Part shown: one piece after another, positions 1-8,368 of the stretch
Position numbering within the stretch: the first letter of the stretch is position 1
How the letters are laid out: each line of letters begins with the position of its first letter
Virus record (IMG/VR): IMGVR_UViG_3300020123_000124
Coordinates: 1 to 50,470 of that record
DNA length: 50,470 nucleotides
From: a virus
Lineage: Duplodnaviria; Caudoviricetes
Reading direction: 5' to 3' (one strand)
Notes under the pieces: model-generated
Told to the model about the DNA's origin: nothing
The model's database searches: none
Seen by the model: the letters and a program-made list of their open reading frames with translations, nothing else
Position numbers and translations under genes: made by a program

Positions 1-127
1 TCTGGCGGGCGTTGGCACCCTCACAGCGACGCTCTCACTTGCCACAGCCCTGACCGAAACGAATACAGGCATAGGCCAGCTTTCAGGTACCCTTGCAGCG
101 AACACCGCCCTGAGTTTGAGTATGGCA
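1..127. repeat. Terminal direct repeat, copy 1 (circular assembly overlap)
   Basis: Identical to 50344-50470; lies inside a coding sequence; 127 is a common assembler k-mer length. Confidence 0.95.
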
Positions 128-412
128 GGTGTTGGGACGCTGGCCGCTCAGATGTCCGCACACGTGATACTCTCGACATCACTCGTTGGGGCGGGTACAC
201 TTTCCGGCGTCTTCTCACTTCGAGTCGCCCTGTCGCTCACCTGTGCCGGAGCTGGCACGTTCATATCCAATCTCACCATCACAGGCACGACCATCCAATT
301 TCTCACGGCGACCTGGGTCACGAGAGACGGGAACGCAACGTGGACGACGAGAGATGAACAGGCGTCGTGGCAAACGCGCGACGAACTAGTAGCAGCATGG
401 AAAGGAAGGTGA
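1..412 (+). CDS. 3' end of the LamG/repeat tail protein that starts at 48824 and crosses the contig junction
   Basis: ORF 116-412 is in frame with 48824 across the overlap; GVGTL repeats continue; ends in WxTRD repeats. Confidence 0.85.
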   Translation, partial: LAGVGTLTATLSLATALTETNTGIGQLSGTLAANTALSLSMAGVGTLAAQMSAHVILSTSLVGAGTLSGVFSLRVALSLTCAGAGTFISNLTITGTTIQFLTATWVTRDGNATWTTRDEQASWQTRDELVAAWKGR

Positions 413-547
413 CGAGATTAGAGGTCATCCATGTCGGAAAAGAAGGCAATGGCGAGCTGCTCAAAGAAATCACGAATGGGCTTCGTCACGATACGAAAAA
501 ACTTTTTCATGGGAGAGAGTATACCACAGCAGGCAAGGAGGTAACAC

Positions 548-907
548 ATGTCATGGTCGCCTTTGACCGCCGGAGACGGGCGGGCATCACATCACACATT
601 TACGACCGATAGCGGCACGTTTCTCTTGACAGGGGTGGCGAATGGTTCACTAGCGATGCACTTAGAGGACATTAACAACAACTATGCGTTATACATATGT
701 ACGGGGGCCTGGAACATCACGAACGTCGGCTCGGTAGGCCCGCCGGTTGTGGCATCGACGGCAGACTTTACGCCGTCTGCTGCCGATCTCTTACCTGCCA
801 ATCCGCTCGGCAAGCCAGGCCTGTACAAAGCCTACCCGGTCGTGACGCTCGGCACCGGGCCGGTTGCGATGGACAGCCAGTTACTTCAGGTAATAAGTGA
901 GCCATAG
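548..907 (+). CDS. Putative virion tail-associated beta-sandwich protein (BppU N-terminal-like)
   Basis: SD AAGGAGG upstream; beta-rich 119 aa; at the end of the tail module. Confidence 0.5.
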   Translation: MSWSPLTAGDGRASHHTFTTDSGTFLLTGVANGSLAMHLEDINNNYALYICTGAWNITNVGSVGPPVVASTADFTPSAADLLPANPLGKPGLYKAYPVVTLGTGPVAMDSQLLQVISEP

Positions 908-918
908 AAAGGAGTTCT

Positions 919-1116
919 ATGAAACGATCATTTCTTCTCGCTCTCATAGGTGTCGCCATCATTGTCGTCGTGATCAGTGGAGTGCTCGCCTTCACCCGTG
1001 CGGCACCGACAATCGTTCCAACACCAACACCAACTCATACCCCGACGAGTGTACCAACTGGCACACCGACACACACGCCTACGCCTATCATGACACCTGA
1101 GAACGGGCTAGGCTAA
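919..1116 (+). CDS. Small membrane-anchored protein with Pro/Thr-rich tail
   Basis: SD GAAAGGAG; N-terminal hydrophobic helix; PTPTPTHTPT repeats. Confidence 0.75.
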   Translation: MKRSFLLALIGVAIIVVVISGVLAFTRAAPTIVPTPTPTHTPTSVPTGTPTHTPTPIMTPENGLG

Positions 1117-1135
1117 CACTGAAAGGAAACATTTT

Positions 1136-1330
1136 ATGTCTCTCTTACTCAAACTCGTTCAACCCCATGCCGTCACCATGTTTATATTAGCTCTTATCTG
1201 TCTCGTCGGGTATGGCTATCCAGGGTATCGAGGACGATCAGAGTCGGGAGGCGGCGGCTTCCTCTGGCTGCTGTGGCTCATCGGTGGGATAATGGCGGTC
1301 GTTGCCTGGATTATACTCGTCTTCGCGTAA
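1136..1330 (+). CDS. Small 2-TM membrane protein (holin-like)
   Basis: SD GAAAGGA; two hydrophobic segments; next to endolysin. Confidence 0.65.
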   Translation: MSLLLKLVQPHAVTMFILALICLVGYGYPGYRGRSESGGGGFLWLLWLIGGIMAVVAWIILVFA

Positions 1331-1340
1331 AGGAAATCTC

Positions 1341-1547
1341 ATGAAATGCATATGGTGTCGTAAGCGTGAAGCTACACAAGATATGTATTGCGAACAATGT
1401 AACGCTGCGCTGACAGAAGTGCAAAAGGCTTTCATGGCTGATACATTTGAGGCGGCGTGCTGGCGTTTAGCCAAAAGCATCCTTGAATTGAAGAAGGCCA
1501 TTCGAGCAGATTTGCCACGCTGGTTGAAATGGTTGGTAAGCGTATGA
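1341..1547 (+). CDS. Hypothetical protein with two CxxC motifs
   Basis: SD AAAGGA before ATG 1341; ATGA overlap with endolysin. Confidence 0.65.
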   Translation: MKCIWCRKREATQDMYCEQCNAALTEVQKAFMADTFEAACWRLAKSILELKKAIRADLPRWLKWLVSV

Positions 1548-2656
1548 CATTATTTGGTCTAGATTATATAACCGGCCCACCGATTGCCGATATGAAGGCG
1601 GCTGGTGTCTCGTTTGTGTGCCGCTATCTCTCCTTTGTGAATAGCCTGACACAGATCAAGCTGCTGACCCCAGGTGAAGCCAAAGCACTTTCAGGTGCGG
1701 GTATCTCCATCGTGAGCAATTATGAGTGGTATGCGGCGCGAGTAGTCGAAGGCGCAGTTGCAGGTCAGCAGGATGCACAGATCGCGGCAAAACAGCACGC
1801 CGCATGTGGCGGACCACCTGATAGGCCGATCTACTTTAGCGTGGATGCCGATCTCACAGGTTCGCTATGCGCGGAGTATTTTCAGGGCGTCGCATCGGTG
1901 ATAGGCAAGGGTCGCACAGGCGCCTATGGCTCCTATCGGGTCTTGCATGACTTGTTCAACGCGGGACTCATTACCTGGGGATGGCAGACGTATGCATGGT
2001 CGGGAGGCGCATGGGAGCCAAGGGCGCACATCCAGCAATACCTGAATGGTGTTTCAATGTCCGGCCATTCAGTCGATTATGACCGCTCGATCAAGGGCGA
2101 CTTCGGACAGTGGCGAGTAGGAGGTACGTTTATGATTGATCTCTCGACGCCTGGCGTGGGCAACTACTTTACGCAAGGAGCAAATGGGTGGTGGATTTCG
2201 ACACGAACAAAAACATCAACAGGACAGCCGATCTATATCCACGGCGAAATCCTGGCCACGTATCAAACCTTTGGAGGGAATTACTCATGTGGTCTGACAC
2301 ATCTCGGACTTCCTGTGAGTAACGAGATACCGCTTGGCGGTACGCATGGGGCCACGAAACAGCACTTCGAGAACGGGGTACTATTCTATGACCCGGCGCA
2401 TGAATTCGATAGCAGACCAGGAGAGCCAACGTCGGTATCAGTCTATCTGGCGCACATTTACAGCGGGCCGGGAATGGATCCTCTCGTTGCTGAACTGCAA
2501 ACCGAAGTAGGGCAATTACAACAACAGCTTGCAGTGGCTACGCAACCGATAGGCATACCAGCCGAGAAGGTGGCTATTCGATTGGAAGCGATTGGGCTTG
2601 CTTCTCACAATGGGGATGCCGCTATTCAGGCGTTGGTCACACAGCCTATTAGTTAG
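1544..2656 (+). CDS. Endolysin: DUF1906 (Rv2525c-like) glycoside hydrolase plus LGFP-like wall-binding region
   Basis: Motifs GLDY, FVCRYLS, PIYFSVD, GAYG, WQTYAWS; C-terminal LGLPVSNE...QHFENG. Confidence 0.85.
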   Translation: MTLFGLDYITGPPIADMKAAGVSFVCRYLSFVNSLTQIKLLTPGEAKALSGAGISIVSNYEWYAARVVEGAVAGQQDAQIAAKQHAACGGPPDRPIYFSVDADLTGSLCAEYFQGVASVIGKGRTGAYGSYRVLHDLFNAGLITWGWQTYAWSGGAWEPRAHIQQYLNGVSMSGHSVDYDRSIKGDFGQWRVGGTFMIDLSTPGVGNYFTQGANGWWISTRTKTSTGQPIYIHGEILATYQTFGGNYSCGLTHLGLPVSNEIPLGGTHGATKQHFENGVLFYDPAHEFDSRPGEPTSVSVYLAHIYSGPGMDPLVAELQTEVGQLQQQLAVATQPIGIPAEKVAIRLEAIGLASHNGDAAIQALVTQPIS

Positions 2657-2667
2657 GAGGAATTATC

Positions 2668-3195
2668 TTGAATACGAATACGACCCGTCTTATTGACATA
2701 CCATCAACCATCCTGGCCATCCTTCTCATCGTTGGTGGCCTCATCCTCTTGTTCTTTGGCAAGGTGACGTATGTGGAGCTGTCCTTTTTCATCGTGACGG
2801 GCGTGGGACTCGTCGGTGGCGTTGCCGCGCTCAAAGCCCCATCACCAGCTCAGGCGCAACAACTCTCGACGCTTGCAGAGACAGCACAGACGCACGCAGA
2901 CCAGATGAGCGCAACGCAACAACAACTCGGGCAAGTGCAAGAACTGGCGTTACGCGCTGCCAATGGTGTGTCATACCTACAGCAGCAAGGACAAGCTCCT
3001 ATGCAACCACAGGGGATGGTCAATCTTGCAACGATGGCAACGTCAGCACAACCACAACTGCAAACGCAATTCATACAGCCCGTTCCGCAGCCTGTACAAT
3101 ATGTAGACTACGGGAGGCATTTCGGTGATTCACAGGTGATGCCCGCCGCACAGGTCGGCCCGACTCTGCCCTATCCAACCGTGCCAGCGCAGTAG
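2668..3195 (+). CDS. Putative holin (2 TM helices, Gln-rich tail)
   Basis: SD AGGAGG with TTG start; two TM segments; directly after endolysin. Confidence 0.6.
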   Translation: MNTNTTRLIDIPSTILAILLIVGGLILLFFGKVTYVELSFFIVTGVGLVGGVAALKAPSPAQAQQLSTLAETAQTHADQMSATQQQLGQVQELALRAANGVSYLQQQGQAPMQPQGMVNLATMATSAQPQLQTQFIQPVPQPVQYVDYGRHFGDSQVMPAAQVGPTLPYPTVPAQ

Positions 3196-3200
3196 ACACG

Positions 3201-3228
3201 AAAAAGCCCTGGTGATGAGCCAGGGCTT
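3201..3228 (-). terminator. Intrinsic terminator between convergent units
   Basis: AAGCCCTGG/CCAGGGCTT stem with T-run on the minus strand. Confidence 0.7.
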
Positions 3229-3250
3229 GGGATGGACGAGGGAGTGCGAG

Positions 3251-3529
3251 CTATTCCATGATCTCTCCATTTTTCTTTGAGAGATAGAGGCAGTACGTAA
3301 ATCCGCCCAATCCATTTGGACGCTTGAACTCGCGGCAATCTCGCCCGATTCCTTGCGTATCGGTGAATGTCCAGTGTTTCACGCCAGCACGATCAGAGAC
3401 GTGTGTATCAGGCGGGAAAGATACATAGACTCCATCAGATCGCAATACTCTATTCTCTGAGCCAATGACGGCCCTGATATTGCCATGCACAAAATCAAAT
3501 CGCTCGATGATCTGTTCGTTCATGCTCAT
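3251..3529 (-). CDS. Hypothetical protein
   Basis: 92-aa ORF with SD GAAAGGA. Confidence 0.65.
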   Translation of the reverse strand: MSMNEQIIERFDFVHGNIRAVIGSENRVLRSDGVYVSFPPDTHVSDRAGVKHWTFTDTQGIGRDCREFKRPNGLGGFTYCLYLSKKNGEIME

Positions 3530-3591
3530 TTCCTTTCCTGCCCTCTTGCGGGCTACTCGCTCGGCACTGCGGCGTGTGCGATAACTACTAC

Positions 3592-3948
3592 TTAATTTGC
3601 AAACACTTCGTCAAAATTGGCTAGAAGCAATTTATAGGCGGCCTCATAATCGCCTAACTCGTTTCTTTCGCAGTACAAGACAGCCTTTTTGTAAGCGTCG
3701 AACTGCGCTTGACTGCAATTCTTTGCTCCATGTTGCAAGTGATCGGCGTAACGACGTTCAATCGTGATGTATGCGCCATTCTCGCCAAACGCCTTGAAGC
3801 TGTAGCGTGTCTTGATCGTCGGTTGCGCCGCAAGCCTAATAAGCTGTTGGCGTATCCAGGCCTGCCGATCTTGGCCGTCTTCACTAGCCTTGACGGTCAG
3901 AGCATTGGCGATGTCTTCAGGAACATCGCGAATGAGAATATCAGGCAT
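3592..3948 (-). CDS. Ribbon-helix-helix (FitA/Arc-like) DNA-binding protein with C-terminal extension
   Basis: N-terminus MPDILIRDVPEDIANALTVKA...WIRQQL fits the RHH pattern. Confidence 0.75.
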   Translation of the reverse strand: MPDILIRDVPEDIANALTVKASEDGQDRQAWIRQQLIRLAAQPTIKTRYSFKAFGENGAYITIERRYADHLQHGAKNCSQAQFDAYKKAVLYCERNELGDYEAAYKLLLANFDEVFAN

Positions 3949-4141
3949 TGCTTACCTCTTTCTCGACCACTTGCACACGGCACGCTACTTGTTTGCCATT
4001 ATATTCTACGTAGATGCGATCACTTGCGTACACCTCGAAATCTTCTGGCATATCCTTCTCAGCAACTTCGTGAACAATAACATGAGGCACACGGTTCACT
4101 GGTAGAATGCTTACAAACTGTACAACCTTTGCCTTTGCCAT
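3941..4141 (-). CDS. Hypothetical protein
   Basis: SD AAGGAG; first gene after promoter at 4198-4226. Confidence 0.7.
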   Translation of the reverse strand: MAKAKVVQFVSILPVNRVPHVIVHEVAEKDMPEDFEVYASDRIYVEYNGKQVACRVQVVEKEVSNA

Positions 4142-4169
4142 GTCCGTTTCTCCTTGACTCTTCTCTCAT

Positions 4170-4226
4170 TCAGATATCACATATATCTGATAGAGTAAGT
4201 ATATATCGTAGATATCTGTATGTCAA
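4170..4226 (-). promoter_or_regulatory. Sigma70-type promoter with palindromic operators
   Basis: TTGACA(4226-4221)-17 nt-TATACT(4203-4198); inverted repeat TCAGATAT..ATATCTGA at 4170-4190 and a related site at 4201-4218. Confidence 0.8.
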
Positions 4227-4272
4227 GTGTTTTTGGCACCAAAATAAGCACTTTCAAAATATTCGCAAAAAC

Positions 4273-4677
4273 TCATAATCGGAAGTCATCGTCGGATGCT
4301 CGCAGTTCAACTTTATGCGGCGGCTTGACGACTTGCAAGCCTGTGACGGTTTCAGGGCCGAGTGTGCGCGTGATCTGCTTCCTGTGTCTCATATCGGTAT
4401 CGATCTTCAAGAGCTTGCCTGGTGGCTCCATGTTCAACTGACGCCTGAATGATCTCTGACGAGCACCTAAGACCTGTATCGGGCCTGTCGTTTGTGGCGG
4501 CGGCGAGTTCACAGAGAGATGTGGCGCAGTGTTGATGGTAATCATCTCACGCGCGTGCTGCACTTCCGCTTCAAGCTCGTGGATGCGTTCGAGCAACTCT
4601 GCTGCCGTCGGCTTTTCAGGTGGAAAGATGCTATTCAGGAGGCGCAGGAGTGCGAACCTCACCCATATCAGCCTCAT
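4273..4677 (-). CDS. Hypothetical protein with short coiled coil
   Basis: 134-aa ORF in the leftward operon. Confidence 0.55.
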   Translation of the reverse strand: MRLIWVRFALLRLLNSIFPPEKPTAAELLERIHELEAEVQHAREMITINTAPHLSVNSPPPQTTGPIQVLGARQRSFRRQLNMEPPGKLLKIDTDMRHRKQITRTLGPETVTGLQVVKPPHKVELRASDDDFRL

Positions 4678-4921
4678 TGCTGTCTTTCTCTCCGTTCTCT
4701 AACCGTTCATCTCGAAGAAGCACCAGGGCATCGAGTCCCATAGCGTGCATCTTTGTGCCATTCGCCTCTGTGAAAAGCGGTGCTGCTCTCTCGTAGCCTT
4801 GCACATGCCTGGGGTCAGATCCCATCAGGGCAACCATACAGATAGAGTTGAGCTCCAGATCAGTCAGTTGATCTGTGATCATTTTCACGGCTGCATAGAC
4901 GTATGCGGGTATGTCACTCAT
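4631..4921 (-). CDS. Hypothetical protein
   Basis: Likely start MSDIPAY at 4921, coupled to the upstream gene. Confidence 0.55.
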   Translation of the reverse strand: MSDIPAYVYAAVKMITDQLTDLELNSICMVALMGSDPRHVQGYERAAPLFTEANGTKMHAMGLDALVLLRDERLENGEKDSNEADMGEVRTPAPPE

Positions 4922-5108
4922 GCTCTTCCACTTTCTTTCGCCTGGCTTCATCTTGCACGCGCAACTCTTCCAGCAGTCGGTACCGATGCTTTGCGACCCA
5001 CTCGTAAACGTACAAGGCGCTTTCGATGTCGATGTCGATGAACGAGTTATCCACATCAAAGAGGCGCACACGCCGATCAACCTGCACGATGTTTCCTATC
5101 AGCATCAC
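4914..5108 (-). CDS. Hypothetical protein
   Basis: SD AAAGGAG; overlapping start/stop coupling. Confidence 0.65.
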   Translation of the reverse strand: MMLIGNIVQVDRRVRLFDVDNSFIDIDIESALYVYEWVAKHRYRLLEELRVQDEARRKKVEEHE

Positions 5109-5353
5109 GCATCTCCTTTCGCAGCCTCACGCCTGACAGGATGTACTGGTATACAGAGCATACCATCTTGCCACTTGCGACCATAATGATTGCAGAGGAA
5201 GACACACTGAGCCCTGAACTCTCCAATTTGTTGTGCCGACAACCTCAGTTCAATCACGGATACATCAGTCCAGAGATAGAGTGCGCCTTGTTCCTCGTCA
5301 ATACTCCACCGTGTCGGGGCAACTCCATAGCGCGCCAATTCACTGCTCATCAC
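5105..5353 (-). CDS. Hypothetical protein
   Basis: SD AAAGGAGG; start/stop coupling. Confidence 0.65.
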   Translation of the reverse strand: MMSSELARYGVAPTRWSIDEEQGALYLWTDVSVIELRLSAQQIGEFRAQCVFLCNHYGRKWQDGMLCIPVHPVRREAAKGDA

Positions 5354-5832
5354 GCGCCTCCTTTCGGCAGGCGCGTGACTCGTCGAGGTCGTGCTGGTAT
5401 GGGGGAAGGTAGTTCGATGGTTCGCATCTCAAGCGCCTTGATATCAGTTCGTGCCTCCTGTAAGGCATCGTTCAAGGCGGCATTCTGCGCCATGAAGTGC
5501 TCGCTCTCTTGCTGGTAGCGAGTTATAGAATCCCTCTGATTGAGCAGCTTTTCGTGCAGATCATCATTCTCACGGTTGAGTTTGTCGCGCTGTACACGCG
5601 CCTCAGCAAGCTGGGCTGAGATCCTCAAATTCTCCGCGCGTGCTAGACGCAGGTTTTCGACCGCGCCTGTGAGCGTGCTATTCTCCGCGCGTACCGTATC
5701 GAGTGTTGCCGTCACTTCTCTCGCTCCGCGCTCATAGCCCTGGATCTGCCCTGCAATCAGGCCTACGATAGCACTTGTCACGCCGACACCGAGCAGCATG
5801 ACCACGGCAATCGGCCAATAAAAAGTAAGCAT
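5350..5832 (-). CDS. Membrane-anchored coiled-coil protein
   Basis: N-terminal TM helix then ~100-aa heptad coiled coil; SD GAAAGGA. Confidence 0.8.
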   Translation of the reverse strand: MLTFYWPIAVVMLLGVGVTSAIVGLIAGQIQGYERGAREVTATLDTVRAENSTLTGAVENLRLARAENLRISAQLAEARVQRDKLNRENDDLHEKLLNQRDSITRYQQESEHFMAQNAALNDALQEARTDIKALEMRTIELPSPIPARPRRVTRLPKGGA

Positions 5833-5843
5833 ACGTTTCCTTT

Positions 5844-6056
5844 CTACAATGCTGCAAACAACTTTGCGAGGCCACCAACAAAGAACCAGTAGAGGACAGC
5901 CCCTGCCAGGTTAAAGCCTTGCGTCAGCCATATAGCAATGCCCGACGTGGGCGCGACAAACTTCACGATCACCGCGATTACAATAAGGATGATCAGCCAT
6001 TCGATCAATTTCAATCCCCAGCGTGTCGGTAATACATTTGCAACTCCACTAGCCAT
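5844..6056 (-). CDS. Small 2-TM membrane protein
   Basis: SD AAGGAG before MASGVANV; two hydrophobic helices. Confidence 0.75.
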   Translation of the reverse strand: MASGVANVLPTRWGLKLIEWLIILIVIAVIVKFVAPTSGIAIWLTQGFNLAGAVLYWFFVGGLAKLFAAL

Positions 6057-6057
6057 G

Positions 6058-6489
6058 TCATGCTCCTTCCTGAGCGGCTTCATCGTTCAACAGTTCAACA
6101 CCGCTTTTCAGGTAGGAATGTATCCAGCCTATTTCACGCTCTCTGGGCGAAACGTTATCGTCAACGACTTCTAACGTTAACATCCAAGGCAGCATATCGG
6201 CATCAAGGATGGCTTGTATCCTATCTTGCTTAGGTTTATTCTCACCTGTCATAAGCATGTGTTGCTTGAATCGAAGATAAAGGTTATTGGTAAATCCAAT
6301 GTAAAAAACTTGTCTATCTCGTGGGTCAACTATTCCATAAATCACCGTTGAACCTTTGTGATAGGCCGCTCCCATGTTGGAGCCATCATTGATACGCTTA
6401 TTGTAGCGGTTCGTTTTGCTGCCATCGAATACGAGGTCTAGCTTCTTGATTTTGCGCTGAGGGGTATCTTGAGGTATAGTATTATCCAT
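6058..6489 (-). CDS. GIY-YIG nuclease family protein
   Basis: VIYGIVDP..VFYIGFT..LRFKQH..ERE..LLN; likely start MDNTIPQ. Confidence 0.85.
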   Translation of the reverse strand: MDNTIPQDTPQRKIKKLDLVFDGSKTNRYNKRINDGSNMGAAYHKGSTVIYGIVDPRDRQVFYIGFTNNLYLRFKQHMLMTGENKPKQDRIQAILDADMLPWMLTLEVVDDNVSPREREIGWIHSYLKSGVELLNDEAAQEGA

Positions 6490-6570
6490 GCGAGAACTCA
6501 CTTTCTTGCATCGGCTAGGGGTATTCCAAGTACCGCCTAGCACCACAATATCTTTACACTCATTATACCA
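6490..6570 (-). promoter_or_regulatory. Extended -10 promoter and hairpin leader of the GIY-YIG gene
   Basis: TGGTATAAT; hairpin GCTAGG-C-GGTA-CTTGGAA-TACC-CCTAGC; second hairpin covering the RBS. Confidence 0.6.
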
Positions 6571-6581
6571 CATAAGTCAAC

Positions 6582-6926
6582 TCACCCCGCCTCAGAAGCC
6601 GCTTCAACAGGTGTTTCTGTTAAAGGAAAATCATAGCCTTCCGTTAAACAATACTCCCACAATTCGTTAACCAAATCACGCCTGACTTCCAACGGCCAGA
6701 CTGTTGTATCAACGTCTTCTACATCGGCAAAGGCTTCAGCAAAGGCTTGAAACTGCTCAGGTGTGCATGTCTCAGCATCACATACCTGTTCCAGTCCTTC
6801 GAGATTGAAGGTCAATCGGTGTAGATCGAGTAACTTGAACCTTCTTTCCTTTTCGTGCTTTGCGGAAGTATTCTGGATATTGCCGTCTGTAGTATCGTCG
6901 CATTTGTTCTGAGACGTAGTTGTCAT
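6582..6926 (-). CDS. Hypothetical acidic protein
   Basis: ORF overlapping the 3' end of the upstream extension by ~150 nt. Confidence 0.55.
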   Translation of the reverse strand: MTTTSQNKCDDTTDGNIQNTSAKHEKERRFKLLDLHRLTFNLEGLEQVCDAETCTPEQFQAFAEAFADVEDVDTTVWPLEVRRDLVNELWEYCLTEGYDFPLTETPVEAASEAG

Positions 6927-7527
6927 TAGGCCACGCTCCATTTCTAGCTTGGACTAGAGTTAACAAATCAATCACTTGTTCGTTTGTTCGCTGCCTCCCT
7001 ATCTTCCCTTTGAAGTGCATTTTTTTTGGAAACTTTGGGCCGGAAAAAATTAACGGCTTCGTTTCCTTATTCGTGCCTGAAAAATTATTTTTTGTTAATT
7101 TTTCAGGCTTCGATTTCTGAACATTTGTTAATGGTTTTTCCTTAACGGGCGTTAAAATCTTCGAAGGCTCTGGCGTTAAACTTTTCGAAGGTTCGGGTTG
7201 CCTCACGACCTCCTGCACAGGTGACGTTGCCACCGTCTCAGGATGCCGAGTCACGACAGGTTGTTCAGGTACGACAGGCTGCACACGCGCTACAGGTTTT
7301 TCGGGTATCACAGGGCGGTACGGTGCGGTGATAAACGGCCTATGTGGTCGTTGGTAGGGCGGTAATGATTCGGGTCGGCGTTTCGGTTGTTCAGGTACAC
7401 GGTCTACAATAGGTGCCGGGTATTCGTAGGGCAGGGGTGGCACAATCTCGATTGGCTCAAAATTGCGCTCTATCCCGATAGGCTCAGATGGCCGGTCTTC
7501 TTCTTCATCTGAGCCTCCTATTTTGGG
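6778..7527 (-). CDS. -1 frame extension (Pro-rich linker plus basic C-terminal domain) of the 7518-8261 membrane protein
   Basis: -1 frame opens exactly at the slippery heptamer (TAG CCC AAA ATA...); no SD at GTG 7443. Confidence 0.7.
   Translation of the reverse strand, partial: PKIGGSDEEEDRPSEPIGIERNFEPIEIVPPLPYEYPAPIVDRVPEQPKRRPESLPPYQRPHRPFITAPYRPVIPEKPVARVQPVVPEQPVVTRHPETVATSPVQEVVRQPEPSKSLTPEPSKILTPVKEKPLTNVQKSKPEKLTKNNFSGTNKETKPLIFSGPKFPKKMHFKGKIGRQRTNEQVIDLLTLVQARNGAWPNDNYVSEQMRRYYRRQYPEYFRKARKGKKVQVTRSTPIDLQSRRTGTGM
7480..7527 (-). other. Programmed -1 ribosomal frameshift signal
   Basis: C CCA AAA (7527-7521) just before TAG; 11-bp stem AGGCTCAGATG/CATCTGAGCCT (7516-7506/7490-7480). 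Confidence 0.75.
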
Positions 7528-8261
7528 CTATTGCCATTGCTTGATATAGGCTCATAGTTCATGAAATCATTGGCCATGCGCTCATTTTCATCAAAGGTTT
7601 TCTGTGCGGCGTCTTCACGATCCTTCGTACGGCGCGCATCTTCCCGTCGTGCAGCTTCATCGGCATCAAGTGGCTCATGTAAAGCAGTCGGATCACCTTT
7701 CCAGAAACGACGAAGGCCAGGAAGCCCCAGGCGTTTTGCCTGCTTATATCCAGTTGTGGCAATCTCACGACCTGCTTGTTCACGTGTTCGCCCGAACTCA
7801 AGAGAGGCTGGTCGGTTCGTCTGCGCGTGGATAATGAGTCCCAGGTTATAGGCGAAGCGTAGCATGAGGATACCGATAATCCCCGTGATAATCGCACCAA
7901 CTGGTGAGACGAACCATGTCATATAGCAGCGATAGGCAAGGCTTGAAAGTTCTAAGGCCGCGACGATCTTCTGACTTTCACTTAAAGCAGGTAGGAAATG
8001 ATTGGTGTTGGATTTACGCTGGTAGGCTTCAAGGTCTTCGCGCGTATACTCGTGATAGACGAAGACGATCATGGCAGCAATAAACAAGACGACACCCATA
8101 ATGATGCCGAAGATCTCACCACCATGTGGGATATCTCCGAGGATGAGGCTTCCTAACAGACGCCCCAGGTAAAACATTCCGATGGCAAACAAGAGGTGGA
8201 CGCCGATACAGACGACGACGATAAGCGTACGGCCAACCTTGCCGTTAAAGATAGCTCGCAT
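7518..8261 (-). CDS. Multi-pass (about 4 TM) membrane protein with charged helical C-terminus
   Basis: Hydrophobic segments; SD GAAAGGA. Confidence 0.8.
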   Translation of the reverse strand: MRAIFNGKVGRTLIVVVCIGVHLLFAIGMFYLGRLLGSLILGDIPHGGEIFGIIMGVVLFIAAMIVFVYHEYTREDLEAYQRKSNTNHFLPALSESQKIVAALELSSLAYRCYMTWFVSPVGAIITGIIGILMLRFAYNLGLIIHAQTNRPASLEFGRTREQAGREIATTGYKQAKRLGLPGLRRFWKGDPTALHEPLDADEAARREDARRTKDREDAAQKTFDENERMANDFMNYEPISSNGNSPK

Positions 8262-8368
8262 ATTCGAGAGTCCTTTCTATGCCTCATCCGTTTATACAGA
8301 CAAGGTGATGAGCCGCGTTGAGAGACTTGGGAGCGCGGCGACTCCCTTTTTTTTGAAGCTTTACGGTT

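Noticed and set aside
1-127. Biological direct terminal repeat
   Set aside because: Exactly 127 bp, in the middle of a gene; best explained as assembler overlap of a circular contig
367-612. 81-aa ORF between tail genes
   Set aside because: Overlaps both neighbours, start is ambiguous and nothing supports a product
7470-7508. 12-aa ORF MKKKTGHLSLSG with AGGAGG SD
   Set aside because: Very short, and its SD and ATG are buried in the frameshift stem; cannot be fully excluded
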